A DNA stretch of 40,633 nt from contig LT649308.1 of assembly GCA_900128395.1 (NCBI GenBank), positions 1 through 40,633 on the forward strand, in the 5' to 3' direction. Position 1 is the stretch's first letter, and every line of letters begins with the position of its first letter. Position numbers and translations under genes: made by a program. Below are positions 32,502-40,633 of this stretch, in pieces. The DNA comes from Stramenopiles sp. TOSAG23-2 (lineage: Eukaryota). The notes beneath the pieces were generated by a model. The model was given only the letters and a program-made list of their open reading frames with translations, did no database searches and was not told the DNA's origin.

Positions 32502-33665
32502 ATGGATAATACAACGACTAATAATACCACCAATGTGCCATTGGCAAAAAGACAAAAAATAAAGAACGCCCATGATATTAATATTGTTCCAGACCCTGCA
32601 GCAATGAAAATACTTGAACATGAAAATATATCTAAGGGGTTTGTAACTGATTTTCATAAAAATGGATGTGCTATTGTGAGAAATTTTGCATCCGCGTCAG
32701 AATGCGACGGGATGAGAAAGGAGATGGCACAATTGATTGAAAATTGGGACCCAAAATCAGTGACCACATTTCGGACGGATGAAAAGCAAGAGTTAGCACA
32801 AGGGTCTTCAGATTATTTTTTAGATAGTGCAAACCGTATACATTTTTTTTGTGAGCCCGGAGTTGTTGATGAAAACACAGGCGAAATAATACAAGGTATG
32901 ACAAAAGATGAAGGTTTGAATAAAGTTGGACATGGATTGCATGTTGCAAATCCTATATTTATGAAATATGCACAAAGTGCAAAAGTTGCTGCATTGGCAC
33001 GTGCATTAGGATGGAAAAATCCTGTATTGCCACAAAGCATGTACATATTCAAACAACCAAAAATTGGTGGTGAAGTTACCAGTCATCAAGATTCAACTTT
33101 TTTATTTACGGAACCGCGTCAAACATGTCTAGGATTGTGGTTAGCACTTGAAGATGCGACGGAGGAAAACGGTTGTGTTTGGGGACGTCCAGGTTCACAT
33201 AAAGAGCCTGTGCGGCGACATTTTAAACGCAATAAAGAATGGTTTGAAATGAATAAACGAGATGTACCACAAATGATTTTTGAAAATTTAGTAGATAATA
33301 TTGAAAAATCAAATTGTCCATGGGAAGGTGGTATGCCAGGAAAGACGAAGGATGACAGTGACAGTGATGGAAGTGGTAGCAATAAAGAGACTAACGAAAA
33401 ATCTACCATGGATAAATACAAATTGCAAGAAAAGCAAAAAGAAGATGTTCGTCAAGCAGGCTTCATACCATTATCATGTAAGAAAGGAGATTTAGTATTA
33501 ATACATGGTAGTGTAGACCATTTATCATTAGCAAATATATCTTCAAAAAGTCGCCATACTTTTCAATTGCATTTAATTGATGGGCCAAAGGAAGGTATTA
33601 AATGGAGTGAAGGGAACTGGTTGCAATATCCTAAAGGGATAATCTTCCCAGCATTGGATTTGTAA
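32502..33665 (+). CDS. PHYHD1: Phytanoyl-CoA dioxygenase domain-containing protein 1-like (PhyH family)
   Basis: LNKVGHGLH, QSMYIFKQPKIGGEVTSHQDSTFL (HxD), GLWLALEDATEENGC...PGSH, KGDLVLIHGSVDHLS..N.SSKSRH, WSEGNWLQ. Confidence 0.9.
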   Translation: MDNTTTNNTTNVPLAKRQKIKNAHDINIVPDPAAMKILEHENISKGFVTDFHKNGCAIVRNFASASECDGMRKEMAQLIENWDPKSVTTFRTDEKQELAQGSSDYFLDSANRIHFFCEPGVVDENTGEIIQGMTKDEGLNKVGHGLHVANPIFMKYAQSAKVAALARALGWKNPVLPQSMYIFKQPKIGGEVTSHQDSTFLFTEPRQTCLGLWLALEDATEENGCVWGRPGSHKEPVRRHFKRNKEWFEMNKRDVPQMIFENLVDNIEKSNCPWEGGMPGKTKDDSDSDGSGSNKETNEKSTMDKYKLQEKQKEDVRQAGFIPLSCKKGDLVLIHGSVDHLSLANISSKSRHTFQLHLIDGPKEGIKWSEGNWLQYPKGIIFPALDL

Positions 33666-34619
33666 AATTATATGTCATATATGTATATTACTATATCTAA
33701 AATATTGACCATATATTAAATTTTATACTATTTGTACTCTTATTCACCTAGGCCATGTAAAAACATTTTTATTTTCAATTTTTCGATCTGGAAATTGTCC
33801 ACAGGCATAAAGTGAGATAAGTCGATTTCCGTAGTCGAAGGTCAGCTCCTAGATCCTTCTAGGTTCGGAGATTTTTTTTTATTCAAAATCATTTCCTGGT
33901 CATTTAATTTCTTGTATCGGGGGATCAATAAAGAAATATATCTAATTATTTAAATAATATATCAAGACAAGTTAATCAGTTTGTAGCAATAACCTCGCAG
34001 CTTACATCCAAAAAATTTGGACAATGTTGACCAACGTATTATACTTTGCTTTTATCTGGTGTAGAGAACAAACTAAATTTTTAACAGCAACCTTGTTTTG
34101 TTGCTCACCACCACTTAACATATCTTGCCTCTTGCCTGGTTCGCAAATTTAAATTAAGGTATTTATACACATACAAACTGTATTTTTCACAACTTAACTC
34201 AACACACACATTTTATTAATAGTTTCACATTTTATTACTAGTTTCATTAATAGTCGTCTGCTGGTCTGCCACAGTCTGCTACCACCGTGGTAGTCTGATA
34301 GTTCACCACAGTGTGGTGGCAGTCTATTATTACTGGATTACCAGATTACATCATGCTAATAATAATAAATATTATTAATAATAGATGATATATGTAGTAT
34401 ATAAATATTTCAATACAATATTTTATTCTAACTAACACCAAAACAAATTTCAACAAAAAATTTCTTTCACACACACATATCTAAAACAATGGCATGAAAT
34501 TATAAGTTACCACTTGTATAATACAATTGAAGTTTGAACTTCTTGAACTAAACAAATAATAATAACAACTGATAAAAGAGAGTAAAAAAAAAACATATTT
34601 TTGTCCGTTTAAGTATAAG

Positions 34620-36746
34620 ATGTTCAATAAGACACGCAAAGGAAACCCATTGCCGTTTTCTGGTAAAGGCAAAAAAGCAAATGTAGATGAAGGTGACGTG
34701 AAACATGATGATATCGAACATGATAAGAAATGGACGGGCAATGGACCAGTGCCAAAAACAATTACCATGCGCTTAAATATTCACCGTGCTGAAAAGTTAG
34801 CTGCTGCGGACATGACAGGAACATCTGATCCGCTAGTCAAAATTTATTGGCACCATAAAAAAGTATATACAACAGCAGTAAAGAAATTGACATTAAATCC
34901 AACATGGGAAGAATCTTATGATATAACTATTGATTATGAAACATCTATGCAATATGGCCAAATACGTTTTGAGGTGTATGATAAAGATACATTTGGCAAA
35001 GATGATTTTCTTGGGCGTGTTGCTATACGTTTATATCAAATACTCGATAGGTATGGAAACTCAACGTATTGTTTACGTACACCAATCGATACGAAAAAAT
35101 ATAAATTAACAAAAAGACCTAAAGGAGATGAAGATTTAAAAGTACGTGGCTTTCTCTATTTAAGTTTCGATTTGATTGATTCCTTTGATAACGAAGACAG
35201 TTTGCCCAAAATTGTGGAGAATATTAATGATGACATAGATAATGACAAACTAGAAGCTAAAGATTATTTACATACATTAAGCTGGATTGCAGCAACTGGG
35301 GAGGAGAAGTTAGCAGATAAACTAGCTCACCAAGCCGTTGATGAGCGAGTAGAAGTGAAAGGAAAAGATTCAGAAGAAGCTTCTGTTGTTCGTGATCAAA
35401 TTGGTTCACAATATAAAAAATGCGGTAAATATGAAGTTGCATTTAATTATCACGATGAAGCATTATTAAGCCGTTTACGGAAGTTTGATGATTTAGGTGT
35501 AGCTGATTCAAATCATAATTTAGCATGTTTAGCTGCAACTAAAGGGGAAGTCAGAAAAGCGGAAAAAATGTTTTTAAAAGCGTTGGATCTAAGAGAAAGG
35601 CTATTAGGGAAACATTCACTAAAAGTTGCGTCTACATTAAACCAATTGTCAATTTTGTACAAAAATTGGGGAAGATTAGAAGAAGCGGAGGAAATCGCTA
35701 CAGAGTGTTATGAAATTGTTAGTGATGCTCATGGAAAATTAAGCTTATCGGCATGCAATGTACTGGCGACGTTAGCAACAATATTGAGAAAGCGTGGTAA
35801 ATATGAAATGGCGTTTGAAATGTTTGTAGATATATTATCTGTACGGGATTGTGCATTTGGTCCATATCATCCTGCAACAGCTGTCGCGTTAGCACAACTT
35901 GCAACATCATACCGGGTAAGGGCAAAGCACGACTTTAATTTTCACGATGAAGGTTTAATGTTGGCAAAAAATGCATTACGGCGCGCATTAACCATAAAGG
36001 AACATTTGTACGGTAAAAACAGTTTAAAGTTAGCCACAACATTAATAAATTTCGCAAAATTGTATTCAGATACACACGATTATAAACGTGCCGAACCAGT
36101 GATGAAGCGGGCATATGAAATACGCAAAGATGTTTTAGGAGAAAAACATCCCGATTCTATTGTTACAAAATCAGAATTAGCAAGTGTTATCTCACATCGT
36201 GGTCGTTTTGAAGAAGCAAAGGAGATGCTATTACAATGTTTAGATGGAATTGTTACCGTCTGTGGTAGAGACAATCCAAAAACGGATAAAGTTTTTAGAA
36301 ATTATGTATTTACAGCTACTGAGGAAGGCGTTCATGAATTAGAGCTTCATTTTGGTAATCGAAAAGTTGAAATCGAAGAATTACCACCATATAGATATAT
36401 TTGGGAAAGGTGCGTTGATGCAATTAAAGCATTGTGTGTTACATGCACAAATAAAATCATAGAAAACATAAATAAACACAGGACTAAAAAGGTAGATGTT
36501 GAGGATGACGACGATGATGGGGGCGGTAGTGATGATAGCAGCAGCGGAGAGGATCATGGTGAAAAAGAAGAAATTGAAGAAGAGAGTAAAAATGATGATG
36601 GGAATAATGCAAACAAAAATAACACAAGTAAATATGTTACTGAAATAGAAGATAAAAACAATCAATCAACCGTAGAAGGACCTTCAAAACCGAATCGGAA
36701 ACGAACCATGATGTTTGATCGCCCAATTGTGAAGCAAGATGATTGA
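34620..36746 (+). CDS. C2 domain plus kinesin-light-chain-type TPR repeat protein
   Basis: C2: LNIHRAEKLAAADMTGTSDPLVKI...KLTLNPTWEE...FEVYDKDTFGKDDFLG with Ca-binding Asp residues. 42-aa-type TPRs such as LGKHSLKVASTLNQLSILYKNWGRLEEAE and LGEKHPDSIVTKSELASVISHRGRFEEA. Confidence 0.9.
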   Translation: MFNKTRKGNPLPFSGKGKKANVDEGDVKHDDIEHDKKWTGNGPVPKTITMRLNIHRAEKLAAADMTGTSDPLVKIYWHHKKVYTTAVKKLTLNPTWEESYDITIDYETSMQYGQIRFEVYDKDTFGKDDFLGRVAIRLYQILDRYGNSTYCLRTPIDTKKYKLTKRPKGDEDLKVRGFLYLSFDLIDSFDNEDSLPKIVENINDDIDNDKLEAKDYLHTLSWIAATGEEKLADKLAHQAVDERVEVKGKDSEEASVVRDQIGSQYKKCGKYEVAFNYHDEALLSRLRKFDDLGVADSNHNLACLAATKGEVRKAEKMFLKALDLRERLLGKHSLKVASTLNQLSILYKNWGRLEEAEEIATECYEIVSDAHGKLSLSACNVLATLATILRKRGKYEMAFEMFVDILSVRDCAFGPYHPATAVALAQLATSYRVRAKHDFNFHDEGLMLAKNALRRALTIKEHLYGKNSLKLATTLINFAKLYSDTHDYKRAEPVMKRAYEIRKDVLGEKHPDSIVTKSELASVISHRGRFEEAKEMLLQCLDGIVTVCGRDNPKTDKVFRNYVFTATEEGVHELELHFGNRKVEIEELPPYRYIWERCVDAIKALCVTCTNKIIENINKHRTKKVDVEDDDDDGGGSDDSSSGEDHGEKEEIEEESKNDDGNNANKNNTSKYVTEIEDKNNQSTVEGPSKPNRKRTMMFDRPIVKQDD

Positions 36747-37274
36747 AAAATGTAAAATAAGAAGAGATTCGATAAAAAGATACAATGCACTATATATAGT
36801 ATAATACTGATTTCATATATAGTGCTTTAATGAACACTTATAAGCTCATTACTACGTTTATATTAGTCTACAGTTTTTTCTGCTCCTATCTGACAGTATG
36901 TATAATGTAATTATTTACTACAGACTTTTATTTCGTATAATCTAAATCGATGAAAAATGCAAAAAGCGTTTCCGCATCTAATGCTATTCCAATGTAATAT
37001 TATTTTTACGAACTATTCCACACTAGTACTGGCACGCATACCAGCATACACACACAGTACAGTATTACCTCTAGCTATACTGTACAGAAGTATACTAATA
37101 CTATACTGGTATAATTATAATAATACTAATAATACTATAGTTCTATATATATAATATACATTATAAAAATGCTTAACCCAACTGGCCAACAAGATCCCAC
37201 AATTATAATTTATATCATATATATATAGCAAAAAAATAGTTGGTAGCCTGTTTGAATGAATCAAGGATAGCACA

Positions 37275-38603
37275 ATGTTTGTGAAGAAACTTTCCGCGAA
37301 AGACCTTGCGACTAGAAATTTTAAACATTGGGAAGTACCATCAGAAAAAATTCTCAGGCAGGCCTTTGATTTGTTTGATATCAATGGTGATGGTGTAGTA
37401 GATTTTGATGAAATACAAAAAAGCATGTTTAGATATTTTGGTTTACGATTGACGAAAGAAGAAACACGGTCGATGCTGATATTGTACGATACGGATGAGA
37501 GCGGGTCGTTATGTTATGAAGAATTTAAAATTATGATACAAAATTTGGAAAGCTTAGATCCAGCATCTGTTGGTAGATTTTGGATGAGACAACTGGGGTG
37601 GTTTCCCCCTTTTAAGTATTTTGCCAAGAAATTGGGTTTAGGAAAAGTGAAACGAAGAAGATTGCTTCAAGATATTGATGAGACTCAAAAATTGTTAGAC
37701 AAGTCGAGAGCTGTGTTGGATTTAGAAACTAAACTACAATTAGATAGCATTGAAGAAAACAGTCTAAGTAAAAAAAACAATAACAAACCCCTTATTACTA
37801 GCAACAACAAAAAAACTCGCCATTCAATGGACGATGACGTTTTGTACAAGCGATTATTAGAGAATAAACGGCGTATGGAATTTCAACGTCTCACCGGAGT
37901 ACGTAAACATAGAGGTCGTATCAAGACATCTCCAGCAACTATGATGAAGGTAAAAGATAAATATCCAATCATAGGTTTAAAATCGTTGAATAATTATGTC
38001 CCAAAACTGAATCCTGAAGGGCCAACAGCTTCAAGAATTAAAAAATATAAAAGTAAAGTCAGAATATTTCAAAATGGTGGAGATTTTAGAAATCCACTTA
38101 GGAAAAGGGATGATAATACACAAATGCACAAAGCATCACGTGGTGATTCAAGTTATAACGCAAAGCCAAAGCATTGGCCACCACCATTGTACAGAAAGGA
38201 AATTACATATGTTACTAATGGCAAAAACAGTAAAATTACCAATAGAATTGTTACAAAGGAAAAATTAGTTCGTGTAGTTTCAAAAGAAGATAAAATAATT
38301 AAGCGAGACTTGATGGAAAATAAAGCAAAAGTTGCAAGAAGAAAAAAAATTAAAAATGCATTGAAAAAGTCCTTTAGTACCTTAAATGCCAAATCAAAAA
38401 ATTACAAAAAATATCTTAATCGTAACAATAAAATTAGCAACATCAAAGATAATGTTTTTAATGAAAATGTAGCTATCTTACAAGCTTCAACAAAAGATAA
38501 TCGAAAACATTATCATGATGATCAAAAGCATAATAAATCTGGTAAACGGCGTGTCTCCTTTTCAGATAATGTGTATGTACATACTATAGATCGAAAGTTG
38601 TAA
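37275..38603 (+). CDS. EF-hand pair protein with long basic tail
   Basis: LRQAFDLFDINGDGVVDFDEI and YDTDESGSLCYEEF are canonical EF loops; the tail ends with KRRVSF. Confidence 0.85.
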   Translation: MFVKKLSAKDLATRNFKHWEVPSEKILRQAFDLFDINGDGVVDFDEIQKSMFRYFGLRLTKEETRSMLILYDTDESGSLCYEEFKIMIQNLESLDPASVGRFWMRQLGWFPPFKYFAKKLGLGKVKRRRLLQDIDETQKLLDKSRAVLDLETKLQLDSIEENSLSKKNNNKPLITSNNKKTRHSMDDDVLYKRLLENKRRMEFQRLTGVRKHRGRIKTSPATMMKVKDKYPIIGLKSLNNYVPKLNPEGPTASRIKKYKSKVRIFQNGGDFRNPLRKRDDNTQMHKASRGDSSYNAKPKHWPPPLYRKEITYVTNGKNSKITNRIVTKEKLVRVVSKEDKIIKRDLMENKAKVARRKKIKNALKKSFSTLNAKSKNYKKYLNRNNKISNIKDNVFNENVAILQASTKDNRKHYHDDQKHNKSGKRRVSFSDNVYVHTIDRKL

Positions 38604-38742
38604 AACAAGTGTAACATATGAAAAAAATAAAATTATGTGAACGGTTTCGTACGAAACGGATGGCCGTACCGAAGCAAGTTTGTTGTAAAATAAACTATAT
38701 GATGGTTAAAATCTAAGTAAAATAAATATTATATATATATAT

Positions 38743-38993
38743 ATATTATATAAAATTCTCTCTTATTTTATAAAAAAATATTTTTAAATAAAAGATTTTC
38801 GTACCTTGTAAAATGTATATTCGTATGTGTATATATAGGAGAGAAGAAGTAAATTTTCTGAGAGATTTTAAACATAATGCGTTTTTATTTACAAAAAAAT
38901 ATTATATAAAATTCTCTCTTATTTTATAAAAAAATATTTTTAAATAAAAGATTTTCGTACCTCATAAAATGTATATTCGTATGTGTATATATA
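38743..38993. repeat. 95-bp direct repeat (period 156)
   Basis: 38743-38837 matches 38899-38993 except for one dinucleotide (TG vs CA). Confidence 0.9.
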
Positions 38994-39658
38994 TTTATAT
39001 AATTAAGTAAGCACTACGAGATGTTGAATACTATCAAAGATATAGTATCAATATTTTCATAGAAATGAAAGAGAAAGATATAACCTTTAATATTTAATTT
39101 AACTGCTCTCATATATATATGATAATTCTTTACTCTTCAAAAGTATACAATAACTGAGGCAAATATATTCAAACATGTGCAGTGTTGGATGCATCTCAAC
39201 GGAGATTTAGCAAAGATTCATCCATTCGTTCTGGATCAAGTGTAACAACTATTACTACGAATAGCAACCAATCGTCAAAGAAACCTCCTAGCAGACGATA
39301 TAATGTACTGACACAAACACCTGTTTAAAAGTATTACACGTTCGACGTACGAGGAAAATGTGTAAAAAATTAATAAAAAATACGAAAAGTAATACTCTAA
39401 ATATTTTTCTTATTTATTGAGATCAGAATGTCATATGACATACATGACATATTATAAAAAATAATTTTCTCAATATTATAAATGATTGGTTAAATCTTAA
39501 GTGTTTATATATAATAATTTTACTCCCCGTGCTAAGTAATATATGCTCAATACTCAATCTCAAGAGAATAATAATTCTATCCTCTATGCATAATGATATG
39601 ATATCATATCGATTATCACATACGACTTCGTATGCATATACATTTACGAACATCGTTT

Positions 39659-40522
39659 TTAAAATGTTTGAATACGACTGATCATACCGAGACCTAATTC
39701 TTTTTCCTTTTTTACCAATAAATATTCAAGGCAATATTGAAAATCTTCACATTCATTTTTACAGAACGTTTTATCTGTTTTGGTTTCTGTTTTTGAAGTT
39801 GTTGTTGTTGTGGTGGTGGTTGTTTTTGACGACGACGATGAGGAGTTCTTCGATTTCTTCGCTTTACTACCATTTTTACTACTGCTGCTGCTGCTACTAC
39901 TACTACTACTACTACTTCCATCTGCATCTTCACGTGTACGTTTGCCACATGCACAGACTGTTTCACATTTCAATTCTTTATCTTCCCTATATGAATTTAA
40001 AAGACTTTGATTTAATTTGGACACAATGATATTTTCAATAGTTTTTGGTTCTGGTCTTTTTGAAACTGTTTTAAAATTACTTTTCAATATACCTTGAGGC
40101 AAACTATACGGAGTTAAATGTGATTCACCACAGTCACATATACGAGTCTTGCCGCCGTTATGTTTAACAAATATCCAATATGCCTTTCCTTTCCTAGTAA
40201 TCTTGTAGCTTTTTTTCTCCTCCTCAGTTGCAACAGTACGAAGAACTTCCCATCGTTTTGCATAAGAGGTAACTTCGGCCACTTTTTTTCGAAAAGTTGT
40301 ATAACATGCTCCAGTTAAATGTTCAGCAGGTGTTAATAATAAAATGAGTCCTTCTTTACCTTTACAAGTCGATTCGTGTCTTTTTGTGACCTCAAGAAAT
40401 TTATTAACCGCAGCATTTTGTCTGGTTATAGCAGCAGTAGATTTATTATTCCAGCTTCGTCTATTTACGCCACCCCCATACCCATAGGATCGACGTTCAT
40501 TCTGTACACACATCCAACACAT
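39659..40522 (-). CDS. Hypothetical basic protein with Cys pairs and Ser/Thr low-complexity tracts
   Basis: 287-aa ATG-initiated ORF with a globular-looking N-terminal half (MCWMC..., HLTGACYTTFRKKV, RKGKAYWIFVKH); no family confidently recognised. Confidence 0.6.
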   Translation of the reverse strand: MCWMCVQNERRSYGYGGGVNRRSWNNKSTAAITRQNAAVNKFLEVTKRHESTCKGKEGLILLLTPAEHLTGACYTTFRKKVAEVTSYAKRWEVLRTVATEEEKKSYKITRKGKAYWIFVKHNGGKTRICDCGESHLTPYSLPQGILKSNFKTVSKRPEPKTIENIIVSKLNQSLLNSYREDKELKCETVCACGKRTREDADGSSSSSSSSSSSSSKNGSKAKKSKNSSSSSSKTTTTTTTTTSKTETKTDKTFCKNECEDFQYCLEYLLVKKEKELGLGMISRIQTF

Positions 40523-40633
40523 AATGAAATTTTTATTTTGTTATTAATTACGACGACGACGACTAATAAACAAAAAAACAAATACGTTGATGATTTGTCA
40601 AAAAATAATAATAATATATATCTAGTATATATA

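Noticed and set aside
34098-34118. LSGGEQQ as an ABC-transporter signature
   Set aside because: It is isolated in a 39-aa ORF with no Walker A or Walker B motif nearby.

Overview
Gene-dense, AT-rich eukaryotic genomic DNA with standard genetic code, about 16 apparently single-exon protein genes, poly-Asn (AAT)n tracts and one scaffold gap. The gene set (SPIRAL1-like, plant-type SEC23D-like, R2R3-Myb, OmpA-domain fusion) suggests a non-opisthokont protist such as a stramenopile; this is inference only. Genes in order: F-box-like/OmpA-like fusion, zinc-finger/AT-hook protein, codanin-1, 2OG-Fe(II) oxygenase, R2R3-Myb, FHA plus forkhead-like protein, Sec23/24-like, TPR-relic/SGNH/KH chimera, PX-PH, LRR, frameshifted SPIRAL1-like, IQ-repeat, TMEM128-like, PHYHD1-like, C2-TPR, EF-hand, and one unknown protein. 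No rRNA, tRNA, CRISPR array or autonomous transposon was recognised. The most notable unexplained signal is a family of 8-bp-period repeats (a locus-specific 4-mer plus a CTGG/CCAG/CCGG pivot) found mostly upstream of genes, with TG/CA swaps suggesting methyl-CpG decay. Also notable are a GC-rich SGNH-KH chimeric gene, a forkhead-like domain fused to FHA, and a TA-flanked MITE-like element abutting a tandem duplication that carries a micro-ORF. All family assignments come from motif recognition by eye; no searches were run.
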